A stretch of DNA of 64,000 nt from Anaeramoeba ignava BMAN. Lineage: Eukaryota > Protista > Anaeramoebae. The stretch's first letter is position 1; each line of letters starts with the position of its first letter. The position numbers were made by a program, and so were the translations under genes. The notes under the pieces are model-generated. The model had not been told where the DNA came from. It did no database searches and saw only the letters and a program-made list of their open reading frames with translations. The stretch is taken from assembly GCA_028826165.1 (NCBI GenBank), contig JAPDFW010000114.1, forward strand, positions 248,001 to 312,000, written 5' to 3'. Positions 12,901 through 26,568 of this stretch are shown piece by piece.

Positions 12901-15900
12901 GAAAGACAAGAGGAAATGAAACTTTTAAGAAGAGCCGTATATCGTGTTCATGCAATTCCAGATTCGTTTTTCGATGATATTTTTGATTACGGAATACTAT
13001 CACAAAACTCTGAACAAAGATACATTGAGAAAATGATCCAAAACTCCTTTTCTGAAATTGATGCTAAAAAAAATCAAATTGTTACAAACAGAGAAGCAAC
13101 ATTCATTTTGCTTTCTCGAGTCCTATTCGAATGTCATAATTTTCTTCGAGAAAACTCAAACGACGAACGCAGCGCTGTTTCTTTGAGAGACACATCAAAA
13201 GCGCTCAGAATTTTCAAATGGTTACTAACAGAAAAAATTGGAAATTTAATAATCGATTCAAAAAACCCCAAGGAAAAACTCGTAAATGCTTTTATCGTTT
13301 CATTATTTGTTTGCTTTGGATGCAGATTTAATACTGGAGTAAGGATTTGATTTCTACAAAATGATTGAAAAGAAAATATCAACAAATGACAGTAAATTTT
13401 CTGAAGGTAAAATTATTTCAGATGTGATCGCAAAGTCACAGGATAATCTTATAAAAGAATTAAATATAAATTTCAAAAAATGGACTGTTGCTTTAAATCA
13501 ATCACTAAGAGAAAATTTATTTTTGATCTTCTTTTGTTCATACACACAAATCCCATTGTTCTTGGTCGGTAAACCTGGCTCATCAAAATCAATTTCAATA
13601 GAGATTTTAATGCAAGAATTAGGACCACCAAAATCTACAAAAAAATTTTTAGAAAAATGGAATCTTCCTTCTTTAAAACCGTTTTATATTCAGTGCTCAC
13701 CAATTACAACAGCTTTGGGAATCACTAAAATATTTGAGCAAGCTAGAAGTTATGCATCACATTTGGATCCAGAAAATGCTCTCAGTGTTGTTATTTTTGG
13801 ATGAAATTGCACTAGCTGAGTTGAGTCCAGATCTTCCATTAAAAGTTCTTCATTTTGAACTTGAAAAGGTTGATAAAAAAATAATGAACCAAGAAAATTT
13901 AATAAGCCAAAAAAACGAACCTTTAGTTTCTGTTCTAGCTGTTTCAAATTGGCAATTGGATCCAAGTCAAACAAATCGAGGAATATTATTAAGAAGAGTT
14001 GATCCAAATTCATCTGAACTTTTTTCAACAGCTCTCCAAATTCTCCGCTCTTTTGATAAACGTTTCCCAAAAAATTTTGCAGAGAAAATTTCTAGTGTTT
14101 ATGAATTGATTTTCAGAACTCAGATGAGTGAATTCCAAATGTCAAACATGAAACAGAGCCAATCCCAAATACAAAACAACGATCCAAGAAATTATTTTGG
14201 ATTGAGAGATTTTTACTATTTTATCAAGATGATCGGCTTTAATTTCGCAAATAACAAAATCAAATATGATGATCCTTATATGATTTGGAATGTTATTTAC
14301 CGCAACTTTGGATCAAAACCAGATTTTATTGGGAATCTCAGACCAGAAATTATGAAAATTTTCAACTTTAGTAGTATGCCTAAACCTCCTTCAGCTTTAT
14401 CACTTATGCAACAGAACTTATCATTATCTATTGTTGATCAAAAAAGATTTCCTGATGTTAAACTTCCCCAAAGTATTTTAAATCATCCACAAAAGTTTTC
14501 TCGACATCTAATGATATTGCCAAACAGGGCATCAATTCTTCCGTTAATTCTTTCTCAAATAAAACGGAAATATATTGTTATTTTTGGTTCTTCTTTTGCT
14601 GAAGATAAAAAAGCACTTAGAATCATCCAAAATCTCAAAAAAGTCGAAAGAGCTGTTACTGAAGGCAAAACCATTGTTTTATGCTATAATGAACAACTTT
14701 ATGAGCCTCTATATGATTTATTGAATCAGAATTATATTCAAGAAGATGATAGATTGTTTGCTCGTATTTCATTTGGGCATATTACCCAAAACATTTCCAT
14801 TAATCAAAACTTCAGGATTATTACTATAATTGATAAAAACTCGAGCATATGAAACACAATTTCCACCCATTTTGAACAGATTTGAAAAGCAGCTTGTTTT
14901 ACCTGAAGATTTCATCGTGCAAAAAGAATTTATCTCATTTCTAACTGAGCAAACTACTAACCTCAGCAATATAAAAAAATATACAAAATTCAGAATCAGT
15001 AATAAGAATTTGATCATCAATTATCACGAAGATCTTTTGTCATCACTTGCAGTAAAATTAAAAGATGATAATGGAGTTGAAGAGAAGATCAGAAAGAAAT
15101 ATAAAAAAAGCAAAAATATCGAAAAGAAAGTAATTGAGGAGAAAAAGAAATATGGTGAGAAGTGTTGGATTAGACTTTGTAAAACAGAGAAGATGATCCA
15201 GCTTTTTGATATCATTTCAAATGAGAAATTAGAAGAATCAGAGAAAACATTTCTTCAAAATATCTGGAATACTTTCGAAAGTCAATATTGCTACAACTTT
15301 TCAGAACTTTTTAAAAAAGAAATATCAAAATACAAAATCAAGAACTGCGCCATTTTAACTTATTCATCATACACAAACCAGAAAATTGATATACCAAAAG
15401 AATATAAATTGGAAGAGATTGATCTCTCAAATTATACAAGTGATACTGAATTGAAAAGAGATTTAGAAGATAATTGGTACAACCAAATTAATAATAGCAA
15501 ATTTATTTTGGGAGTTCATCTGAATCTTGCTGAAAAAGAATCATTAGAACTGTTTTATCAAACAAAATATCTGATCGAAAGTATGATTGAAAGGAATTCC
15601 TCCAAAATAGACAACCAACATAGTATTGATGAATCTGAGAACAGAAGTTATTTATTGAAAACACATAATTGTTATATTGTTTTTTTCCTCCATTTACCAC
15701 CAAAACAAACAAGTAATTCATTTTACTATTGTTTTGAAAACGATTGGGAGTTTTATTACCTGGATGAATTGGAACAAAAATACAATTTTGATTTGATTAA
15801 ATTGAAAAAGGAAAACTGGGATCTTAAGGATATTCTTAACAACTTCCAAAACAATTTCAAAGAATTTATTACACAAATTTTTCCAGTTTCAATATCTCAA

Positions 15901-18900
15901 TTTTCAGATCCTTTGAACCCAAATTATTCTCAAGAATTTCAAGAATTGGATAAATTGTTGAACACTAATGACCAACTTCAAAAAATTATTTTTAACAACA
16001 TTTTAAATATGATCACTGAAGGAAATGAAAAAGGTTTGGAGTTATATAAATGGGACATAACAACTATTATATCGAGTTATAATCAAAATGTCTCAGTTTC
16101 GGAATATGTATTTAATATCTTCATAGAAAAAATTACACGAATTTTCGCAATATTACTTAACAATTTGAACCGAAACGAAAATTTTAGACTAATTAAAGAA
16201 AATGAGATTATCAGAGATATTTGGTTTTCGATTGTGAGTGAATATCAAATTCCTTTTTATGATGTTTTCATTCCAGATCAGTTCAAAAAAGCAGAATTCC
16301 CATTTTCATTTTTAATATATTCATTAATTGAAGATTTTGGATCAGTTCCCAAAGAAAAGAAATATCTAAGGAATATTATCAACATTCCATTCAGTAAAAT
16401 TAAAACTTTTAAAAGCAGTAATAATGATAATGAAAATATTGATAAAAAGATTATCAAAGATATTGTTATTCGATATTTCCATGATTTTCTGAAGATTTCA
16501 CTAGGAAATCAAATTGAAAAAATTCAAGAAGTTCAAAATCATTTAATTAATGCAATTGAAGGATTTAATAACCAAAAAATTATTGACATTTCATTGAAAA
16601 GAATTCACTCAACATTTTCTGAAAAAGTTAAACCTCATTTGCAAGATATACTTTTACTTCATAAATATTACAACTTATTAATAACACAAGATGAATCATC
16701 GCAAAGAAAAAACCCAAAATCTAAAAAAAAGCATTTCTCTATCTTTTCACTTCTTCAAAATTATTTTAAGGCTTTAGAAAACACATATAAAAAAGGAAAT
16801 CTAGAAAATAAGAAATATTTGTGTGGAATCATTTCCGAATCAATCCCATTTGTTCAAAATTTGATGATATCACTTACAAATCAATCAAAAAAAGCAAATG
16901 AAATCAGCTCTTTAAGTGATCACTGGAGTAGAGTTTTGATACTAAGAAATGTTTTTATTTGTTTCCTTGTTCCTTTTGGGAAAGAGTTATCAATTTCTTC
17001 ACAAACAACAAGCCTCCTATTTTTGGAAAATAATGAAAATAATGAAAATAATGAAAATAATGAAAATACAAATATTGTTGATCATTTTTTTAATGATATT
17101 TGGGGTGAAATTGAAAAAAAGTTTGTTTCTTTCAAGAAAGATTCAGTTCTAAAATATATTGAAATGATTGGAGAAAATCCGAAAAAAAATAAATTGAAAA
17201 ACATTTGCTTTTGCGAAAATAATAACCATCCAATATTAACAAATGAAATTAAACAAAAGAAGCCTTATATCTGTTCTTGTTGTCAAAAAGAATATAAAAG
17301 TAAATCAAAACATTACGAAAAAGCAACTGCAGAAAAAATAAGTAATTATAAACAAAAATTGGCCAAGTTTGCGAATTATTCCTCATTTTTCTTGGAGAAC
17401 TTTGGCAAAATTTTATTCCAACAAATCTTGATTAAATTTTATTTGAAGGAAAAATTAGATCAAATTAAAGGAAATTTTGTTAAATATATAGATAATTTAC
17501 TTAAAGATACTTCCAGAGTTACACCTTCGCTATTTAATTCTTTAATTAGAGATTTTGTGTTTCCACCAATAGAAGATCCGGAACTAAGGGATTTGTTTAT
17601 GGATATTCTTAATATTTTTTTAAACAAAGTCGATTTATCAGAACAAAATATTAATAACATATTTGGAGCTTCATGCTTACAAATATTGATAAACCAAGAT
17701 TCAAATGAAGAAATTGATCAAATAGAACAAATCATGGATACTAGTAACATTAATGAACTTCTTCCAAAAAAGAAGTACACTCTAAGAAAAATTTATAGAA
17801 TCGCTAATTTTAGGAAACTTCTTATTGAAAATACAAAGAATTTTGTGAAAAAAAATCAAGAATTTTTTCAGAAAAAAGAAGGAAAAAAATGGATTATGTT
17901 TTTATTCAGGTTCATATATCATGAAAAAGGTAGTGCAGAATTAAGTCGATTTGTTGCAGAAAATCTTCATTTTCTCCGAAAGAATATTAAAGAGGTTGGG
18001 GATATCATTAGTATAGACACTAATGCTTTTAATTGTGAAGTTATCATCCCAAATTTGAAAAATGAAGAAACTTTAGTTAAACATTTCCAAAACAAAATTA
18101 TGGGGATTCCCAACAAAAAAGAGTACAAATCAAAAGTTTCTTGTTTACAATTTGCTTTTGATTTTAGTGATACAATTCAAAACACAATTAAAGATGTTGG
18201 AATAATAAGATTGCTTTTCCATACATTAGAAATTGTTAATAGTATTAATTTTGAGCCATTAGTAAAATTAGTTTCAATAGAAATTACAAGAAATTCTAAT
18301 GATCCAACAGCCAAAAAAATGATAGATAAATTAAGCAGTATTTATTGGCCTAGCATGCCTGAACATCCTGATTTGCAAAGCTTCAAAAAGAAACCAAAGA
18401 ATTGGTGGATTTGTCCCAATAAGCATCCCTTTTATATTGATGGATGCGGGAAACCAATGTATATTTATAATTGTCAGACCTGCGGCGCAAGAATTGGAGG
18501 AACTCATCACCAACCTATTGAAGGAACAGTACGAGCTACTATTGAAAATTTCCCAGAATATTTGGGTTACTCACATTCAATTTTTCCAATCGATGAATCA
18601 TTAAATGTTCGAATATTATCTCCAATATCATATTTAATACTTAAAATTATGACAATTTCTTGTGTTCTTTCTTTAGCAACCATAAATGATTCATTTGCGG
18701 ATAATTTTTCTTTGATAATCAATCCAGAATTAGAAAAACCTGAAAATAAAACTCAAATTATTGGTAATTTCTTGAAAATTATTAATAAATCAATTTCAAT
18801 AATGAAGAATATTCTCAAAATATCAATTGAAGATACCTTTAAATATTATCACAAAGTCTTGAATTTACTAGCAAAAGATGAATACTCAAAGCATCTTAGA

Positions 18901-20595
18901 TATGAAATTGATGATCTTCAGACGATAGAAAATCGAAATCAAATTGAAGAGCATTTTAATCAAATAATTGTCAAAGAACATGAAAATATTATTACTCAAA
19001 TAAAAAACGAAAAATCAAATGAAAAAGAGAAAAAAAGCGCGCTGAAACATTTAGAAAAAGAAGAAGTACTTTGGCCCTATTTATATTACAAAACACAAAC
19101 TTATGATGAATTTCTTGGGTTGTTTCATCGAGATCAAGCAAATTCCAGAAATTTTCCAATAATTCATTTTGTGAATGAAAATCGAGAGAATTTAGAAATA
19201 CTCAGATTATTCCCACAATTTATTCGATTCACATCACTTATCATGCAAAGGTTTAATGGAATATTGTCATCTAACGATATTCAAGATATGAAAATATCTC
19301 ATTTTATTGAAAAAGAAAAAGAAAAAGGAAATATAAGTAATTCAATTGAGAATTTATATCAAGATTTTGAGAATTTTTGGAACTTAACTTGGAAATATGT
19401 GAAACAATTGTTAGTCTGTCATGAAACACCTGAATATCTTCAAAAAATTGTAATGAATAAAGATCAAAGTATTGGGTTATGTTTAACTGGAGATGAAGAT
19501 GTGTATCTTTGTGTACCAAATTTAATAAATCATGTAATTGATTTACATAATAATTTGATAAGACAAGAATCTATTCAAGAAAATATCAAACAACAAATTT
19601 TGTCAAATCAAAAGAAAAAGAAAAAGAAAAAGAAAAAAAATAACAATAATAATAATAATAACGAAAATGATAATAATGAAATTATTGAATATGAAGATGA
19701 AGATGAAGATGAAGATGAAGATAAATTTGATATTCTTCATTTCCCAACTCAAAACTATTTTGATTGGTCGAAATTAATAAGTATTGATATCAATGGAATC
19801 ATAAATTTTATTAATGATCATCAAATTGATCAAATTTCTTATGAAATTTTGGAACAATATCTAATTGAAAAATTCAATTTCTCAACTAAGTCAAAAAAGA
19901 TTGTATCTCAAATTGAATTTTTCTCATTTAAAGATAAAATTGATAAAAAAGTTTATGCTTTACAAAATCTGAACTGGAAACAAGAAAAAATACCAATTGA
20001 AAAATGGGATCGAATTGTTGGAGAATTAACTGTTTCAAAATCGATAGAGCAATGCAAAAATTTAACCAAAACAGTAATTTTTTCTTGCTCAAATATTCCA
20101 CTAGATTCTGTTCATTTAAACAACATTCCAGATTTAAATTTAATTGAATTTGCAGCTGAAAAACTTAAATTAAAAAAAAATGATGATTTAATTGCGACTA
20201 AAGAAGGCTCAAAAATTTTTACAAAAGAGATTCAATTGAAACATTTACTTGATTTATATAAAAAATTTGAAGAACATTTTACTGATTTAAGAGAAAAAAT
20301 TTCAGATAAATTTAAAGAGCAAATCAATCAAAATCAAAAAGAAGATTTGGATAAAATTCAAGATCATTTTGATATTGAAACTCTTTTAATAATTTGGAAA
20401 AGATCACTTTTAAAATTAAATGAAACAGCTTCAGTTTCTTATCTTTTTAAAGAATACATGAGTTATATTCCATATGAAAATGATCAAGAAAAGCAATGCA
20501 TAAGTTTACTTGATAAACATTTCCCTAAATCCATTTCCTGTTCTCATTCATTATCTGCTTTTGAATATGCTTCCAATTTTAAGAAGATAAAATGA
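6921..20595 (+). CDS. RNF213: RNF213 (mysterin)-like giant AAA+ ATPase / RZ-finger E3 ligase, ~4,550 aa, split by four +1 frameshifts
   Basis: YTFTTDNFLKM, LPVILLGETGCGKT, FFDEFNT, AANPYR, VSLRD, IPLFLVGKPGSSKS, (L/F)DEIALAE, SNWQLDPSQTNRG, YFGLRDFY, RHLMIL, FGSSFAED, LYDLLNQNY, LNRFEKQ follow RNF213 core order; RZ finger at 18403-18513. Frameshifts near 11820-11860, 13347, 13797, 14838. Confidence 0.9.
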
Positions 20596-20669
20596 TCTTT
20601 CTTTTTTTTTTTCAAATTTTTTTTTTTCATTTTTCTTTTTCATTTTTTTGAATAAATAAATATATATTA

Positions 20670-23079
20670 ATGGCACTTGAAATTTCTGGGAATTCTAAAA
20701 CAATGAATCTTCCACAAACACATTTGCACCCAATTCAAGTTTCTCAATATTTTAAAGGACTTTTTAAATTAAAAACATATCATGAAGTAATAGATGAAAT
20801 TTATTATCAAGTTGATCATTTAGGTAAATAAAAAACGAATTAACGAATCAATAAATTAAAATTCATTTATAAATTAAAATTCATTTATAAATTAAAATTC
20901 ATTTATAAAATTAAAATTCATTTATAAAATTAAAATTAAAATTAAAATTAAAATTAAAATTAAAATTAAAATTCATTTATAAATTAAAATTAAAATTCAT
21001 TTATAAATTAAAATTCATTTATAAAATTAAAATTTATTTATAAATTCAAATTTATTTATAAATTAAAATTCATTTATAAAATTAAAATTAAAATTAAAAT
21101 TAAAATTAAAATTAAAATTAAAATTAAAATTTATTTATAAATTCAAATTTAAAAATTAAAATTAAAATTAAAATTAAAAATTAAAATTCATTTATAAATT
21201 AAAATTCATTTATAAATTAAAATTAAAATTCATTTATAAAATTAAAATTCAAATTAAAATTAAAATTCATTTATAAATTAAAATTCATTTATAAATTAAA
21301 ATTAAAATTAAAATTAAAATTAAAATTAAAATTCAAATTCATTTATAAATTTAAAATTAAAATTAAAATTAAAATTAAAATTCATTTATAAATTAGAACC
21401 TTGGGTTCCTTTTTCTAAAGAACCTTCTCCTGCTTTTTGTTTAATGTATAAATTATTTACATTGAAAATGACAAAAAAACAAATGAAAGGTCTTGTCACA
21501 CACAAAGATTCTCCTTTTATTAGAGCTATTGGATTTCTATATCTTAGATTTTCTTATCCTCTTGAAAAAATTCTTGATTGGTATTCTGATTATCTTGATG
21601 ATAAAGAAGAATTTCAACCTTTTAGTTCTTCTTCAAAAATGTAATTATTCTCTTTATTATTTCTTTTCTTTTTATTTTTCCTTTAAATTTTTTTCCCTTT
21701 CTTATGATTCCTTTTAATACTTTCTCTATTTTATTTCTATTTGTTGATTTTATTTTTCTTCCTTTCTATTTTTGGTATTACTTTTTTTTTTCTTCTTAAA
21801 TTTAATTATTCAACACAAAATCATTCCAAATTTTTTTTTAATATTTAAAAATATTTCCGATTTTTATGTTGATTTATTTGTTTTTTTTTTGAAAGAAAAA
21901 GAAAATTTATTGTTTTTTTTTTGATTTAACTTCTTTTCATTTTCAATTTTCATTTTTATTTATTATTTTTTTTGAAAATAAATTCATTTAGAACAATTGG
22001 TCAATTTATTCAGGATTTATTATTTGAAAGGAAATATTTTGATTTATTTTTACCCAGAATTCCTGAACCAAAATTACGAGAATATAAACAAAAAATTAAA
22101 GGAAATGAAAAAAATAAATCTAAAAAATTGAAAAATGAATCAGAAAGTGAAGATGATTCATATTCATATTCAAATTTAGATTCCGAAAGAGAAAAAGAAA
22201 GAAATGGAAGATTTTATCGAGAAAGAAGAAGAGATTCATATTATCCTGATCATTCAAAAGAAAAAGCAGATTCATATCATTCACATCATTCACATCATTC
22301 AAAAGAAAAAAAAGATTCACATCATTCACATCATTCAAAAGAAAAAACAGATTCAAATCATTCACATCATTCATATCATTCAAAAGAAAAAAGAGATTCA
22401 AATCATTCACATCATTCAAAAGAAAAAACAGATTCATATCATTCACATCATTCACATCATTCAAAAGAAAAAGCAGATTCAAATCATTCACATCATTCAC
22501 ATCATTCACATCATTCACATCATTCACATCATTCAAAAGAAAAAGCAGATTCATATCATTCACATCATTCACATCATTCACATCATTCAAAAGAAAAAAA
22601 AGATTCACATCATTCACAAAATTTATCATCTTTATCAATTTCTTCATCTGATTCATCTTCAGATTTAGAAATTCAAAGTAAAAAAAGAAAACCAACAAAA
22701 AGAAATGATAATGAATTTGAATCGCATATTCATTCTAATAAAGATAATAAAAGAAATAGAAAAAGAGAAATGGTTCAATATGAAGATATTGATTCACCAC
22801 CAACATCAAATTCAAAAGAATTAAAAAAATCAAAATCAAATTCAAAATCAAAAGAATTAAAAAAATCAAAATCAAAATGAATTAAAAAAATCAAATAATG
22901 AATTTATTAATCAAAATCTTCGAGAAATTAGAAATAAATATTGTTCTATTACTCCTTCAAATAAAACAAATGATCAATTAATTACAAGAAGTTTAATAGA
23001 TGATGAAGAGAAAATTTCAACTCAAAAATCTTATAATGCAAATCGAAGATTTCTTGAAACTGTTCAAAATAGAAAATGA
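20670..23079 (+). CDS. PRPF38B: Pre-mRNA splicing factor PRP38B-like with His/Ser-rich tail
   Basis: Exons 20670-20823, 21397-21640, 21992-23079 (one +1 frameshift near 22877); GNSKTMNL, LKTYHEVIDEIYYQVDHLEPW, AFCLMYKLFTLK, DSPFIRAIGFLYLRF, FLPRIP. Confidence 0.9.
20850..21390. repeat. (TTAAAA)n / AAATTCATTTATA intronic repeat
   Basis: Direct repetition within PRP38B intron 1. Confidence 0.9.
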
Positions 23080-23328
23080 ATGAAATTAAAAAATATTTCA
23101 AATTAAAATTTCATCTTTTAATTCAATTATCCTTCCTTTTTTTTTTTATTAATAAAAAAGGAAAAAAAAATTTAAATTCACCAAGAAATTTACTTACTTT
23201 CTTTTTTTTGGATAATTTCTTCCAATTTATTAAAAAAACAAATCAATTTTAAAAATGATTTTTTCAAATGATTTTTTTATTGTTTTTTATTTTCTTTTTC
23301 TTTTTTTTCATTCATTCATTCATTCATT

Positions 23329-26300
23329 TCAATTATTTTGAGAAGATTTTGGAGATGGTTCAGTTAAATCACAAGCAGAATCTTGTGGAAGATTAAAAAA
23401 TTCAGCAGCAATAGTTGGTTGTTGTTTTCTTTTTTTTGATGTTGGACTTTTAGTGAATTGATAAAGATTTTCTCCATTGCTATAAAATTGAGAAGTTTTC
23501 AAATAATTTGGTTTTATTTTTGGAAATTTTTGATTTTCTTGATTTTCTTGATTTTCTTGATTTTCTTGGTTTAATGTTTTTGGTGTTCTTGGTGAAATAT
23601 TTTGTTTATTACTTGATTCATTCATATTTTGATTTTGAAGTATGTCTCTTCGAATTGGAGTTCCAAATGGAATTTTTGTGAATGAAGTATTTTGGAATTG
23701 ATCTAATAAATTCTCTGCAGAATACTCCATTTTACAAAACCAATCTTTCATTTCAATTTGAAAAAGTGAATAATAAAAATTAATCACATCAAAATTTTTT
23801 GAAGATGATTGAAAAACATTCAAAAAAACACTTTTATTTGATTGAGGCTGCTTCAGATACTCTGAGATAATATCATTGAATTTCACTTGAATTTTAAATA
23901 TTGAGCAAACAGAATAAACACAACATACCATCACTTGATCGATATGTCTATGAATGAGCATATGATGATGTGCTACAAGAACATGTTTGAAAGTTTTCCA
24001 AATTTCTTGAAAAGTCAATTCATTAAATTGAGGAAAAGAAGATACAAGCAAGGCAATTCTTTGATAAACAAGCATCAAAAGTTTCATAATAAATATTCTG
24101 AAAGGAGCTGATATTTCGATCTTTTCATTGTTCTCTTTTTGTGGTTTATTTTTTTTCACTTCCAAATTTGATTTTTTCATGATTCCTGTTGATTCAATAA
24201 TTTCTTCTCTTTGACTCTGATCAAATTTATCAAGAATAACAACAACTTCAGAATCCTCACTTTCCCAAGCAAGTGATTCAATTATTGCTTCCTCATTTTT
24301 TTGTAGATATTCTTTCAATGTTTTGGGCAGTATTTCTTGCGCTTTCATTATTATTAATGTGTGTATTTTAAAGAAAACAAATGGTGAAATTTTCAAATGT
24401 TTTAAAATAAATGGAAATGGTAATCGAACAATCTTATAAATATTAATCAAAACTTGACAACTAAATCCAATCAAAGCTTTTTTAAATTCTGTATTTGGTA
24501 AAATATAACTTTCATTATTTGAATTCAGATTGGTTTTATCTTCAATCATTTGAGCAAGAATAAATAAACTGAATTGAACTGCAAGTTTTTGTCTTTTTGA
24601 AAGTTTTAAAATTTCTTTTTCGATCATAATTTTTTTGTTTTGAATTTCATTTTGATTTTGATTTTCATTTTTTAATTCATTTAAATTTTGATTTTCATTT
24701 GTATTTTCATTTTGATTTAAATTTGTATTTTCTTTTTTTGGTATCAAATCATTGATCTTATAAGTTTTAACTTGATTAAAAGGAATTGATTTAATAATTT
24801 CAACTGAATTCTCAAGAAAATTTAAAAGAAAATTTTCTGAAAATCTTGAAGAGAATTGATGAAAAAAAAGAATTGGAGGAAGAGGAATTTCGGAAATTGT
24901 TTGAGAAAACCAATTATAAATAAGAGTTCCAGGTGTTCCTCTTCTCATCATAGGTGTTTTATTTATTGCTTGTGAAAATGGAGTTGCAGGTGAAAAATTA
25001 ACTTGTTTTGGTTGTTTAACTGGTGTTTGTATTTCATTTTGTTTTTTTTTCATTTCTTCCAATGAATTTTCAAAATCTTTTTGAATTTTTTCATTCATTT
25101 TCTTTCTTTCATTTTTTGATTTTTCCAAATCTTTCGTTTGAGAATTTTGATCAGTTTTTTCAGCTTTATTTTCGTTATTTTCATTTTCATTTTCGTTTTC
25201 GTTTTCATTTCCATTTTCTTTTTTGGTAAACAAGTTGCTTTGACTTCGAGAATTCAAATAATTTTCTGATAATAAATCAATTTCCATTGCTTCTTGCTCT
25301 TCTTCTTTTTCAGCTTCTTTTTTTCTATCTATATCAAGAAATACTCTCCCATCCAAAATAATAATGTTTAATCTCTTTTCTTCTTCGATGATCGATTGAT
25401 ATTTTTTTTTCAAATTTTCATAATTATATTCGATATGACTTAATAGAGTTGAAAAGAATTCATCCTCATTTTGTTTTTCTTTGTTTGTAATATGCAAAAT
25501 ACTTTGATTTTCCAACTAATTTTTTTAAAAAGGAAATGAAATTTCAAGATGAATATAAAATATGAAAAATAATTTGAATCAATATAATATAATATAATAT
25601 ACTTTTCTAACACATGGAACAAAAAAATTATCATAAATTTCTTGTATCTTTGTGGATTCGGATTTCATCTGGGAGAAATCAAATTGTGAAGAAACAAAAT
25701 CCTTGACAGACAAATTCATCATCTTGATTATACATCCAAGCAAACAATAAGAAAGAAATAAATTGAATTGATCCACTAGAAGCAACTTTTTAACAATAAC
25801 AAAAATAAGCCAGCCAAAAGAAAATAGCAGAGAATTCATTCCTGTGTTTTTTTCAAAAGCATTAGCTGGATATTGATGTACATTTGATTGATTCCTTAAT
25901 GAATTTTCTTCCATTGATTGAAAAGGAAAGGTTTGAGAATTAAAACTTGAATGAATTCGAACAAAGTCATTAAAAAAATGCTTATATTTTTCGAAAAGAA
26001 TTGTCAAATGAACCAATTCCTTTTGTAAAGATGTTAATAATGTTTGTTTTTCTTTTGTTGGTTTAATAACAGAACAAAATTGTTTATAATAGTGGAAAAA
26101 TGTTGTCCATTCAAATCTTTTCAATTTCTCAATTTGAATAGGATTTTCGCAATTATTAAATATTGAGCACATCACCCAATATTCTAATTCATGCTTATTT
26201 GGTTTAATTTTTGTTTTTGTTTTTCTTTTTTTTTTTGATTTAAAATATTTCTTTTCAAATTGATTTAATTCTAAACTTATTTTTTCAATAAATTTCTTTT

Positions 26301-26346
26301 TTGAAATTTTAAGTTTTTTGCATAAATGATTTAAAACATCATCCAT
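23329..26346 (-). CDS. Retinoblastoma-family pocket protein
   Basis: Exons 26346-25603 and 25515-23329 (87-nt GT-AG intron); N-domain LLFSFGWLIFVIVK..SYCLLGC, pocket A (FPFIL..FFKI..EEAIIESLAW), pocket B (RHIDQVMVCCVY..FNDIISEYLKQPQ..DVINFY), many TP/SP CDK sites. Confidence 0.88.
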
Positions 26347-26447
26347 TTTCAATTATTTAATAATTTCTTTTTTTTTTTTTAAAAAATGAAAAATGAAAAA
26401 TGAAAAAAATATAAAAGAGGAAAAAATTTTATTAATTTATTTTAATA

Positions 26448-26518
26448 GAAGAAGTAGCTTAAAGGCAGAGTGTGAGAATCGGATCTCAAGGTTATTGGTT
26501 CGAATCCAATCTTCTTCA
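26448..26518 (+). tRNA. tRNA-like gene, dispersed member of the common-scaffold family; 6-nt anticodon loop (ATCGGA), isotype undetermined
   Basis: GAAGAAG/CTTCTTC acceptor, D arm GCTT-AAAGGCA-GAGT, TGAGA/TCTCA stem, ATTGG-TTCGAAT-CCAAT T arm, downstream T run. Confidence 0.75.
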
Positions 26519-26568
26519 TCCAAAAAAATGAATAAATTTTTTCAATCTTCTTTTCATTTTTATTATTT

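Noticed and set aside
15620-15672. THNC resembling an intein C-terminal splice junction in the RNF213-like protein
   Set aside because: No upstream Hint block A/B or sizeable insertion is visible.
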